Of a stretch of 64,000 nt of DNA, positions 52,238 through 64,000 are shown one piece after another. The DNA lies in assembly GCA_973895155.1 (NCBI GenBank), contig OZ316891.1, forward strand, positions 3,175,801 through 3,239,800. The letters run 5' to 3'. Position numbers and translations under genes: made by a program. Position 1 is the first letter of the stretch. Every line of letters starts with the position of its first letter. Under the pieces are notes generated by a model. That model did not search any database and was not told the DNA's origin. It worked only from the letters and a program-made list of their open reading frames with translations. This stretch comes from Marsupella aquatica (Eukaryota > Plantae > Marchantiophyta).

Positions 52238-55200
52238 GCTGGAAGATCCTGATGACGATGACACGGAAGGAGGTTCCGATCAGGTAACTATACTTCAATC
52301 AAGTTCCTTATGTGTTTTGAAGTATTGGCTTCAATGTCTTGAATCCTGTTTTCATATTGTTCTTCATTCTGTGTTCTTCATAAGTAATTGTTGTACATAA
52401 CATCTGAACCAGTTAGGTTGGGACTTTGGTAGGCAATCTATGAGTATTGTGAAGCCAGATTTCTAGCATGTTGCAATGACACAAAATGATTTGGAATTGA
52501 CTGGAAACTTTGAAGTCTGGTCCAGGTTCTAATTAGGGATCGGTGTAGTAGGTGTGCTTCCCATGGGCCGGAGCTTCCTCTGTCTAAGGCATGAGAGAAT
52601 ACATACATCTGAGTATGGAAAGAGAAAACTTTTTGGTATGTGAGTCCAGAGGCACCAACAAACACCGCAGAGACAGGCTAATTAAGGTATCCATATCTTT
52701 CTTAACCCATCCAAGGAACAAGTCATGCACATGCATGATAATCCAAAAACTAAGACATGGATAATCTTCAGAATGCCTTTCAGTAAAATTACTACAGCAA
52801 GACCTCCAAGTAGAACATTTGACAATATATACCCAAATGCCATCATCACTAACATCTGGATACAATCTCAAAACCTCCAGATAGAGAGTGAATTTTTGTC
52901 ATGAGCTCTGGGATGATACGACTTAGTCAGTTTTCAGAACAATGAAGAATTAAATAGAAGCTGAGGACGAAAGCGGTAGATTTGTGCTCCAATGTTTGTG
53001 GGGTAAATCTCATACAACCAGGAAAAGAAACTGGGGACTCAATTTGTCTGGTTTGTTAATATTTGTATTTGCATGACACAGAGAGAAATTACATGTCCAT
53101 GGACTGGACTCCAATTAGGTCATGGGAAAGCAAACCGTTCGCCAACAGCAATAAAATCCCAGACGAAGCAATAGGCAAAACAAAGGAAGCCAGAAAACTG
53201 GGCAGGAAGGGGAACAAGTACGTACCGTGTAGGACACACAACATACTTGCGATGCACACCACTCAATATCCAGGAAAAGCTGACCTCCTTGTCCTCCTCT
53301 CCATCCTCCACCACAAGTCAGAGCACATGACATGAAGGCCGTAGTCCGCCACAAGAATGCCATAGCTCAAACTCGCATTCTCAATCAAAAAAACTGGAAC
53401 CCTAAACCCTAAACTTCCAATCGGTAGCAAAAGTGAAATTCCAATCAATCAACAGGAATCCTCCGCCTTTCTCCAATGCTACTTTCCATGCAAATTTTTG
53501 AAGCCTTAGCATCCGTGTGGAACGATGCAGGCAACTAGAACCCACACGCCTCTCACCTTTCTCATTCTCTGTGTGTTAGACGAGTGGCGAGGGAAATTCT
53601 CTCGAGTGTACAGAACCTTGGATAAGTGCAATGTGGATAAGTGCAAGTTACTCACTAAATGACAAAAGTGTGCCTCTACATGACAAATAGATAACTGCAT
53701 TTCCATCTATGAGTGTACACACGCAATGACTGATAAGTGCAACTACATGAACATGAAGTAGTAGTTTCATGCATTGATCAAGTTTAATCATGTAATATGA
53801 GAGCACGGGGTTTGAGTAGCCCATGTGTCCTACCTGACAACAGACCACACATGCCTCAGCCAGTTCCCATTCACCCCGCCATCCACTTATTAAATAGTGC
53901 AGAGCAAGCACATATGGGACAGTGCATAAATGATATCATGTGCACTTATAGGATAATGCAGCCCCTGGATAAGTGCTGGCTGGTTATGTCTTGCCTGGAG
54001 CCTCCACTTAGACACGGTTCACTAGTAAGAACAGAGGAATTTTAGTGGGGAATGATTTAAAGCTGCAGTTGGTTCCATGGTGCCGTCATTCCCAAAGAAT
54101 TGGGCCTGATCTCTCCAAGATTGTGGGAATGATGGACCACCCTGACAACCTAGCTTCCACCAGAGCTAGGTTCCATGCATGAATGACCAGATGCTCCAAA
54201 CACTCCCAGCCTACAGTAGTGCATGGTAACACTACACAACTGATGGTAAAAAATAAAAGTGATTCATCCATGCAACTTGTGTGCAAACCTGATGGTCTGA
54301 AAGCAAGTAAGAATCCTTTACTTGTCTTGAATGAATGAGAAGGCTCCTAATGGGGCCCACATAAATACTAGCCGGGGATCAATACAACAAATATAGATCA
54401 ACGGGAGTGAAACCAGTGAGGATAGATCAACCGCTATGATAGGAATGTACACCTAACTAACATTGTAATCACTAGAGAATAGATGAGAGTAATCCGCCAT
54501 GAATCACGGTGGAAGTGGGGTGTCTCATATCATCATGAGTAGCACTTCAGATAGCGCAGGATCTAAGTTACTTCCTGGTTACTTACAACATGGTCAAAAT
54601 GAAATGGAAAGAAATAAAAGGTCCAATAAAGAAATTCATCCATAAACACCACTGGCCTTCTTGATGTGGAGATGCTTGTCTTGTGAAGTCCTGATCCTGT
54701 CTTAATGTCTATTAATGATTTAGGAGTTAGGGAAAAGCCGGTGCATGGGCCAGTGAGGACGTGTACGTCAAACAGACTCTTTAGCAGTCTGGCGTGTGTC
54801 ACTTTGACATCATTGTGAAAATGGCTAAAGAGGATCACAAGAATGGACAACCAGCAGCTCATGAATGATAATTTGAACTTTGAAGGGTTTCCTCTAGTAA
54901 TGTTTCTGGAGGTCTTGGCAGTAAACCGGTCCCTCTGGGCAACCACAAATCAAATCAAAACTTCCTGCCTGGGCAAGCACAATCAATCAATCAATTGCTC
55001 TTGTCCCCAGTATCTTGGTCCCTTCTATTCCCAAGAAACATGTTCAAGTTCATTGCCAAAGGATCTTTCTTACCCCATCTGCAGAATGACTTAGTTTAAG
55101 ACTGAGGTAGGGAGTGGGATCACTCCAACATGGTAGATAAGTCCATTTGTGTGCGGCTTTTGGCCTCTTGAAGACTAGGAACCACAAGCATTCCCACCTG

Positions 55201-55924
55201 CCCCATAAACACACACAGGCCTGTTACAAGGTTAGGGAGTTGGGCCCTGAAAAGTCACATCAGAATCCTAAAACCGGTTTTATTGTTTTGTTTCTGACTA
55301 AGGAGCATATTATTTTCATTTAATCTAGCTTGTACTTATCTTGGTACTGTACTATTTTATTCTTTGCATGCTTTCATAATCTAATTTGCATTGAGTTGCT
55401 CTTCATGGCCCTGACAGATGGTTTTGGGGGCTCTAGTGTGTCAAACCTCTCCTTGTAAGTTTACTCCAAAGCTCTCTTAGTCTTTGCAGTTTGTTGCCCA
55501 GTTGGGTTTTGATTGTAGGGGACTTTAAGAGTTTCTGGCTCTTTGATCTCCAGGAGTTCCCTTGCGTTTCCCCTTTAATGGGTCTCCTGCATATGAGATC
55601 TTGTCTCCTAGTATGATGCTTTTTGTTCTTTGGCAGTGTTATATACATATCCTTGTCCTGATCCATGCCAGCAAAGGGTTTCAACTTTGACAATTTGCAT
55701 ATGAAAAGCTAAGCCTGTGAGCCTTTCTAAGGGATCCCATACTACGGGCTACATTTTTGGGTAACAAATACCCTAAAAATATAGAAGAAAAAGTGTTTAA
55801 ATCAATTAATTGTTCTAGCCCTATTTTAATAATTATGGTTGTATCTGGATACAGAACACAAATATCCTTCCAAAGAAATTTATAAGTTTTACACTAATTC
55901 TAATAAAAATACAATACTTAATTG

Positions 55925-56130
55925 GTTCTTGTGATGAGTCATATTTAACTGTGCTTACAATGAATTGGAAGAAAACATTCATGCTTTTCATGAGTCACCA
56001 AAGAAACTATTAGTGCTTTTGATGAGTCGCCAAAGAAAGCATTAGTGTTTGTGATGAGTCAAAGAAAACACACAGCTTGTGATCAGCCGGAAACATATTT
56101 ATGCTTGTCATGAGTTGGAAGAAAACATTG
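55925..56130. repeat. About 30-bp degenerate tandem array centred on ATGAGTCA
   Basis: TGAGTCA at 55935, 55991 and 56055; TGAGTCG at 56023; variants in the remaining units, with recurring GCTTGTGA and AAGAAAAC. Confidence 0.75.
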
Positions 56131-56260
56131 TCTTTAACGGTCCAGTTAGAGAACTTCAAAAATCTGAGAACTTTATTAATAAATAAGCCATATATTGGAT
56201 TGGACGGCAGAGGCTAGGTGCAACTATGAACAAAAATCAAATGGCTTAGGGGAGACATAG

Positions 56261-57398
56261 TGTCACTTGCCTATCCAACGATTAATACGTGCAAACCGTA
56301 CTTTTCTTCGCTTAAACCGTTGGTATCGTATTACGGGGTCGTGGAGGGACGCTATTTGGAGTATTTCCACACCTAAGGATGAGTATGTTTGATTCCGCTC
56401 CCGGAAGTGTACTTTTTGATCAAGTCTACCAACTGGTCTCTCCGTTTTTGATCAAGTCCAAGGGACTGGTCCTACCATCTACACCTCATACCCACCGGGT
56501 GAGTGCTGTCACCACCCCCCTCTCAACGGGCAAGCATACAAACGTTTACAATAAGGTTTGAACACTAGTGACAAGGGCAAATGTTTCCACAACGAAACCG
56601 ACCCCATGCACTAGGGGAGGAAAACAAACAACACAAGCAACAACAAGTGACACACAAAATATTGGAACCTCAAGCCAAATCCATATCTCTTGGTGTTTCC
56701 CGTAACACATGCAAGGACAACCCGGCCTCCTGCCGTCTGCCCAACTCCTGCCTCCCGGGGACAAGTGCTACGTTCTCCCCTCACTACTCTGGCTTGAACT
56801 TCTCCTAATCGGTGCGCTACTCACAAAAGCTACTCAAAAGCATCAAAGCACTACGCTGAGTTTTCCCCCCCAACTACTTCGGGGCTCTCCCCCTAAATAC
56901 CAAAAAACCACACCAAAGCACCCCTCATGGGGTCACAACGATGGCGGCTTCCCTAGCGGCGCCGCTAAAACCCTGCACTAAGAAATCCCTAAACTAAAAA
57001 GGCATGCGGCACACACATGCTGCTAAAACCCTAAACCCTAAACAAGGGGCCGACGATGCCTTCGATGGCGCCCCAACTGTACTCCGTGAACCCTGAAATT
57101 GCAAGGCACCCCACAATGGCCGAAACTAGGTGCCCTATCAATTGTACTTTTGAGCTCACCCTTGGATAGCCCTTCTCCTCCTGATCCCGAATCACTCAGC
57201 CGCACTCGCAACGGACATCGGACGCCTGAGTTATGGTCGTTTCCGTATCGCGAAAACACAATTTCGCCGGGCCATAACTTGCTCATCCTGGCTCAGTTTG
57301 AGGAGCGCCGCCTCTTGTTGGAATCAGCTCCGCGAGCTCTTTCCAACAAGCCCGTGAGTGACCCCTCAAAAAAAATTTGGAAATCCAGAGGCCGTACA
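56261..57398 (-). repeat. Putative 3' LTR (outer end 56261; inner end either 57398 or 56511)
   Basis: Minus strand TGTACGGCC...GGCAAGTGACA, with TATA-like TATTTAGGGGG and telomere-like TTTAGGG repeats. Alternative inner start TGACAGC at 56511 follows a PPT-like GAGAGGGGGG. Candidate TSD CATAG at 56256-56260. Confidence 0.5.
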
Positions 57399-57417
57399 AC
57401 CACATCCGTACGACTAT

Positions 57418-59271
57418 CTACTCCTCCTCTTCTTCACTCTCGGTGCCCCGGCTTGTGCCCCGTGAGTGGGCCTCCTCTTCATCACTCACGGGAGTGAGTG
57501 CCACCTCACTTTTCTTCTTCTTTACCGAGGTACTCTTCGTGCTGCCGCTCCCTTGCTTCCTCAAAGTGGCCAAGGCCTGCCACGCCTTGATGTACCCCTC
57601 ACCAATGGTGTCCTTCCATAGGGTAGCCTCTTCTCCGGACTGCAACTCCAACGGTAGAACTTGCCCTATGGCCATGGGAGTCCCGGGGGTGACAGACCTG
57701 GGTGGCATCCCCGTACTGACCTGAGCCTCCCGTAACGATTTCCGTACCTCCCGGAGCTTCTTCTCCAAGCCCTTGCTCTTCTCCTAACTCTTCTTGGCTC
57801 CATCCAACAAGGGCCCATACTTCCCACTAACCTCCTTCACCACCATCTCAATAGCCTGGGAGATCAAATCCGGGGGAAGTGTGGAGCTAGGTGTGTCGGG
57901 GCTCTTCCGTTTCCCCAGACTCAAGGCCTCACTCCTCTTTGCTCGTGTCTCAAAGGCGGCCACCTGACTCCGTAGTGCTCCCACCTGGTTTCTCCACTCC
58001 ACCACTTCTCCAGAATCCTGCTTCTCTTTGGCCAATGCTTGTCTCAACGCTCCCACCTCTTTTGCTTCCTTGGCCTTGGTGGACAAGGCTCCCTTCAAGT
58101 TGGAGATCTCTACGTGAGCTGCTTGGAGAAGCTTAACCTTCTCATGAATGGTCCCCTCCTTGGCCTTGATCACCTCCTTCAGAGACAGGGTACTCTGCTC
58201 TAACGTCTCTACTCTGGCTGTGGCGTGCTTGAGAGAATCTCTCAATGCGTGGACTAGCTTGAGTCCTTCATGGACTCCCTCTCTGAAATCCCGTAGCTCT
58301 GCCAGGTAAACATCCGGAATGTTGTAGACTAGGGGCTTTTTCGGATCTCCCACGAGTGATTCAAGCCACTCCAACGTGTAGTCCTCATCCTGGTTTTCTT
58401 CTCCTCTATCGTCATCCCCACCAGCCGACGATGATTCCTGCGTGAGCTTCCCTAAAACGGTAGTGGCAATACTCCGGATCTCCATGGTGAGAGATGATCC
58501 CGTGTCTTCCTGTCCTGGGGAACCAATCAACCCTTCTGCCCTGGCCAATACAAATGACCTTATCAAATGTACAGCCCCACCTGGTTTCACACTCCCGGGA
58601 TCAGCGGCCAACAGCTTCTTCAACCCGTAGTACCACCATCCGTACACATGGGCTGGGTAGTTCTTGATGTCCATAGCTACCACGAAATGCTCTTCATTCA
58701 CCACCCCGGATTGCACGTTGCCAAGGACCCATTGATGAACCTTGGCCAGGAATCCCTTATACTCAACATCCTTGACAGCAGAAAGAGGGATGGTAGTGGT
58801 GGAGGTGGGATTAATCACCCAAGTGGCCACCATCTTCAACGTGAGTTCTCCCCTAATGTTCCGAGGTGTGAATGAGAATTTATGATTCTCCAGAAACAAC
58901 AGCCTAGCCAACTCCCCATGGGGCACTACACGTTTGAGACATTCAAAGTAGATTCCCTTTGTTCGTAACTCCATCCCGGCCTCAATGTCCCAGCTCTTCC
59001 CCGGAGGGATGGTAATCTCCACCTTCATGAATTCTGTAACCCCGGTGGCTTGGAAAATATTCCGACAATCCTCCATCACCTTGGTGGAGGTCTTGGGATA
59101 AATTTGACGAAAAATCCTCCTACCCACCGGTGTGGAACCTGCTGCCAATCCCGTGCTCATCGTAGCTTCTCTCTCTTCTCTCTCCCTTGCAATCAAAGTC
59201 TCCACGTAGTCACGGTAAGCAGCCTTGTATCTCCGAATGCGTGCCACACTAAACTCCGGTTGATCTAGCAT
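57418..59271 (-). pseudogene. Additional 3' ORF of the Gypsy element, 617 codons with one internal TAG (57784-57786)
   Basis: ORFs 57784-59271 and 57418-57768 share a frame. N-terminal globular part, acidic linker, long heptad-rich coiled coil, basic GKRKSP and KKKK patches, acidic tail. Confidence 0.8.
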
Positions 59272-59599
59272 TCATGCATCCCGAAATCAAATCCTCAATC
59301 ACCAAATCCCGTCACCCGTAGCAATGTCAATTCCCTGGCCCGAAACAGCCCCCGTAGCCCGATTAATTTATTTCTCTCAATCCCCTTCGTCGTCACTCCA
59401 TGTTGCTGTCGTTAATGCCCGGACAGTCCCCGCAATCCCCCATGAGTGAACCTTGAGAAGAATTGGAGAGAGAGCTCAAATAATTGTAACATAAGGAGAA
59501 AGCTTTCGGCAATAAGAGAGAGAAACTCGAGTTTGCTTTCGGCAAGAGAAGGGTCGTGTGAAAAGGAGAAAAGAGGGGAGAGAAAAAAAACAATGAAAT

Positions 59600-60170
59600 C
59601 CTTCCCGGGAGCAGCTTTTTGCCTTGCGCCCCAGAGCCCTCCTTTGTCTCGACTCGCGGGAGTCCCCCTTCCTCGTAGCTTGCGTCCGTGCGGGCTCGCG
59701 GCCCCGCTGCCCGGTCACTCGCGGAGCCCCTTAAGGGGGTTTTAATTTCCCCCTCCTCCTGCAGCTCGCGTCCTCGCACCTCGCACCTAGCAGCTCCCTG
59801 GCGGCTCGCGTCCCTATGCAGGGCTCGCTCGCCCCTCGCCACGCGGCTACCCTAATATCCCCCAGTCCTGCTGCCGGCCGGCTCCCTGCCCCCTGGCTCA
59901 CTCGCGGAGCTCGCGGCAGCTTCCACCAGCTGCCATTTAGTCCCCCTCATGGGGGTACAAGGTGCCTCCCCCGCTCCAGAGTGCTGCGCCCCTTTTTGGG
60001 GGATTTAATTTCCCCCCCGGCAGCCCCCCTTCACTCGCGGACACCCCTGCTCGCGCGGCAACTCGCAGCAGCTCCCGCCCTCGTGGAGCTCGCGGCCCTC
60101 CTTCCCGGTCACTCGCGGAAGGATTTAATGGGGGTTTAATTAAACCCCCCATACTCCCCCAGTCCTGCCT
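59600..60170. repeat. GC/CpG-rich modular repeat region between pol and the extra ORF
   Basis: Recurring CACTCGCGGA, GCAGCTC and GGGGG..TTTAATT..CCCCC. Perfect palindrome GGGGGTTTAATTAAACCCCC at 60130-60149. Confidence 0.7.
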
Positions 60171-60427
60171 GAGTGTTGCCTTAGAAGGGGTGTTACCAAA
60201 AAATTAAAAATGCTTATTTCCCGGAATTCCTTACCTCCTCGGAAAGTCACGATTTTAAACCCCCCAGGTTTTGCCCCATAATTACCCCGGGTCTAGACAA
60301 AACTGTTGGGGTCTCCGACTATCCCGAGATGCTTAAAAAAACTTTACAAACTTAAAGAACATTAAAAAAACTTGCGTCTATGGGCTTATTTATTTACAGG
60401 TGTCTTGCTGGTGGCACTAATGGTGAC

Positions 60428-63400
60428 TTACCATGGCGGGACCCCGTCACATAGCTCCTCTCTTAATTGCGAAGCGTCCCCGCGAGCACCATACTCTTCC
60501 TCCATGTAGTATTTCTTTAGGCGTTCTTGATTGATCCGTGTGTTGAGTAGTTGCCCCTCCAACGTCTTGAGTTGAACTGAGCCGTTGGAGTAGACAGCGT
60601 CTACTACGTAGGGCCCCATCCAACGTGTATGCAACTTCCCGGGGAAATGCATGAAACGACTGTCGTAGAGGAGTACCAAATCTCCTTCCTCTATGGACAC
60701 ACGACGGAGACGGGAATCGTAATGTGACTTCCGTTTACTTTGCTCCTGCTCCGTACGGGTCAAAGCCTCTTCTCGTGTCTCAGTGAGTTGCTCCAACTAT
60801 TGGATCCGTGCAGCTACACTTCTTTCTTCCCCTTCCCTTTCCCGTGTTAGGATCCGAATGGTGGGCACTTCAAATTCTACCGGCACAAGAGAGTGTTGTC
60901 CAAACACAAGGAAATAGGGGCTGTGGCCCGTGGTAGTCTTGTGAGCCAGGTTGTAGGCGTAAGTAGCAGCCAACAACTTCAAATCCCAATCTGTCTTGTG
61001 AGCTGATACCGTCTTGTTAAGAATCTTGCCCATGATCCCGTTTGCTCTCACAGTGAGCCCGTTGGCTTGAGGATGGTACGGAGTGGTCTTCCTATGTGAG
61101 ATCAGGTAGTTCTCCGTCAAACGTTCAATCGTATGATTGAGAAAGTGAGTACCCCTGTCACTCACCAACTCCAATGGGGGACCAAATCGTGTAAAAATCT
61201 GCTCGTACAAAAAATGTGCCGTGGTGTTGGCATCATCCTTGGCAGTGGCTCGGGCCTCCACCCAGTTTGTGGCATAGTCCGTTGCAAGAATGATGTAGCG
61301 CTTCCTCCCTCTTCTAGTGATGGGAGTGAAGGGGCCAATGAAATCAACCCCCCACATACTTCTCAAAGGGTGCAAGAGGAAGTATGGGCACCAATGGGTG
61401 GCGTGAGGAGGGCCCTGGTTTGCTTTGACGCTGGCACAGATCACATTGCTGGATGTACCGGTGTACATCCCGAAAGAGAGTTGGCCACCAATATCCAGCA
61501 TCTAGTATTTTCCTTGCGGTGGTCTCCCGTGCAAAGTGGCCACCAACTTCCTCCTCATGTAATGCTGCCATGACTATACGTATCTCAGCTTCCTCCAAAC
61601 AACGACGAAGACGACCATCCATGCCGTACTTGTGAAGTACTCCCTTCACAAGCAAGTAGGGACCTGTCTTACGTAAAAACACTGCTGCTCTCTCCGGGCC
61701 CAAACGTGAGGGAACTCTCGCCATACGGAGAAATTCCAAAATTTCTCCATACCAAGTAGTGGCCTCCGTAGTCACGCTGAACACTTCTTCATCCGGGAAC
61801 CGATCATCAATCTCCTGTGAGTCAAATGCTCCCTCAATACGGGAGAAGAAGTCTGCATTGCTGTGACTCTTCCCCGATCTCACTCTCACCTCATAGTTGA
61901 ACTCCTGCAGCAACAAAACCCAACGTGCAATTCTCCCGGACAGATCTGGCTTGTTGACCATGTATTTCAAGCTGTTGTGATCCGTGTGGAACACAACCTT
62001 GTATCCCAACAAATAATGACAATACTTTTTACAAGCGTAAATGATACCAAGTGCCTCCCTATCGGTGGGTGAGTAGTTTTTCTCTGCCGGGGCCAACTGC
62101 CTACTGGCAAAGTAGATGGGATGATCCCTCCCATCATCATCCAACTGACTCAAGATGGCACTGATGCAAAACCCTGATACGTCTACATAAACATGGAACT
62201 CCTTATTCCAATTAGGCGTAATAAGTACGGGAGCCTCTAGCAAACATTTCTTCAATTCATCAAAAGCAGCTTGTTGGGAAGGAGTAGGTTCAAATTCACT
62301 TCCCTTCTTCAACATGGATGTGAGTGGCATGGCTACCTTGGCAAAGTCCTTGATGAAGCGTCGGTAGTAGCCAACGCACCCCAAGAACCCTCTCACTTCT
62401 TTCACCTTTTTGGGAAACGAGACTGCTACCCACACAGCTACCTTCTCACGATCAACTTCAATTCCACGAGCCGACACCTTGTGGCCCAATAGTGTCCCCT
62501 CCTCAATTCCAAAGAAACATTTCTCAGGATGTAGCTTTAAGCAAGTCTCCCGGCACCGCTGAAACGTCAACCGTAAGTGTTCAAGGTGCTTGATTTGTTT
62601 GCCGTAGACAGCGAAGTCATCAATAAATATTTCCAAGAACCTCCGCAAAAAGTCATGAAATATATTCATCATGAGTCGCTGAAACATGCCAGGGGCATTG
62701 CACAACCCAAAAGGCATTCTACGAAATGCCAAAATCCCCCACTCCGTGGTGAAAGCCGTCTTGAGTTGATCCTCCTCCCGTATCCAAATTTGATTGTATC
62801 CAGAGTAGCCATCTAGGAAGCTGTAAATCCCCCAACCAGCTACCATATCCAACACGATATCGGTAACGGCAGCGGGTAGTGATCCTCTTGGTGGCATCAT
62901 TCAGCTTCCGAAAATCTTGGCACACCCGGATCTTCACCTTACCGTCTGGCCCCTTCTTCTTGGGCACAATCACGATGGGTGATACCCACTCACTGTGCAT
63001 GACCGGATAAATGAAGCCTGCATCCAACAAGCGGTCAATCTCTTCCTTCACCATGAGTGAGTACTTGGGGTTGAGACGGTATTGGCGTTGCCTCATAGGC
63101 CGCGCTCCCGACATCAAGTCAATACTATGCTCACCAAACTCAGGTGGCACTCCTTTCAAATCTTGGTGGCTCCACGCAAACACGTCTTGGTACTCCTTTA
63201 ACAACTCTTGAATAGTGCGTTGCTCCGTAGCATCCAGCTTGCTACCAATGTTGAGTGTCTTGCCTTCACTCACCTCCACCTTGGTGTACTGCTCCGGCCG
63301 GATTACGTCCAGATTGTTACGTGTCTCCTCATCAAAGGTCTCCTCCAACCGTGCTAGTCGCATTCCTCCATACACCGGTGCATCACTATCCTGCTGGCCT

Positions 63401-64000
63401 GGCTAAGTTGGGGGTGGGTCCTTTGTCACATGGGCCATCATTTCTTCCACGTCAGATTCTTTGTAATGTGACAGTAGCTCCTCCCTAAATTCTTCATCCA
63501 AGAGGTCATTCAGCCACTCCTCCCTTCGTTCATCGTCAAACAGAATGGCTTGAGCTTCCTGCCCCTCCTCCTTCGTTTGTTCCTCCTCCTGATCATCAAC
63601 AAGCGGGGCCATTGGTGGTGTAGGTGGCTCTTCTCTGGTTTTCTTCTGCACAACACAACTTTGGTCAAGTGGTACCTCCTGAATTCTCTCCTCAGGGGTA
63701 GCAGCTTGTGGGCCAAATACATCTTCCTCCGTCAGATGAGAAATCAGCTTCACCATGTATACTTCATCCTCGTCCTCATCTGAGGTGACCTCTGAATCAT
63801 ATTGCTCTTCCATAGAGGTAGTCTCCCCTTGAGGTGACTCCGCTGACCAGGGAATGATAATAGTGGGGGTTCCAAACCGAAACTGCCGTTTGCCCCAATC
63901 GCTGGTCACTTTGGCCACATACAACCATGGTCTGCCAATTAAGATGGGAAAACCGTACGGCGCATCACCAAATAGTTGAGGGGAAAAGATTTTCCCCCAA
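60428..64000 (-). pseudogene. pol: Gypsy pol (end of protease region, RT, RNase H, integrase) with two frameshifts (about 62880 and 61350) and two in-frame TAG stops (63403, 60797)
   Basis: RVCQDFRKLN, FLDGYSGYNQI, MPFGLCNAP, FIDDF, YVDVS...AILSQ, TDHNSL, zinc-finger H-H-C-C, WGVDFIGPF, SDRGTHF, YHPQANG, FPGKLHTRWMGPY; no chromodomain. Confidence 0.95.

Larger units (their letters stand above)
56261..64000 (-). mobile_element. Ty3/Gypsy LTR retrotransposon, non-chromovirus and Athila-related, decayed; gag and 5' LTR lie beyond the window
   Basis: Domain order (PR)-RT-RNaseH-INT, extra 3' ORF, LTR-like terminus ending GTGACA at 56261, and an abrupt gain of CpG at that boundary. Confidence 0.92.

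Noticed and set aside
52900-55230. Possible solo LTR or old retroelement remnant (AACCCTAAACCCTAAA at about 53398, ...GGCCTGTTACA at about 55228)
   Set aside because: No matching TG start, TSD or coding motif identified.
57025-57043. AAACCCT repeats as an interstitial telomere
   Set aside because: Only 2-3 units, inside a retroelement terminus; better read as telo-box-like motifs.

Overview
Eukaryotic land-plant nuclear DNA; gene structure and protein style suggest a non-seed plant such as a liverwort or other bryophyte (inference only). Five protein-coding genes lie on the + strand: the 3' part of an NSUN6-like RNA m5C methyltransferase, a 21-exon UDP-glucose pyrophosphorylase with one U12-type and one GC-AG intron, a 15-exon Nup93, an intronless S28 prolyl carboxypeptidase, and a 14-exon UGT80 sterol glucosyltransferase. 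Gene starts sit in CpG-rich tracts, while the intergenic DNA is AT-rich, CpG-poor transposon debris. That debris includes a Helitron remnant (helicase end, a spliced accessory gene with three DUF3072-like repeats, and a 3' terminus), two related non-autonomous Helitrons with a subterminal minisatellite, a hAT-like MITE with TIRs and an 8-bp TSD, and tRNA-like SINE heads. From 56261 to the window end is a decayed Athila-related Ty3/Gypsy element carrying a large non-env extra 3' ORF. All exon coordinates were read by hand from splice signals and reading frame; no searches were run.
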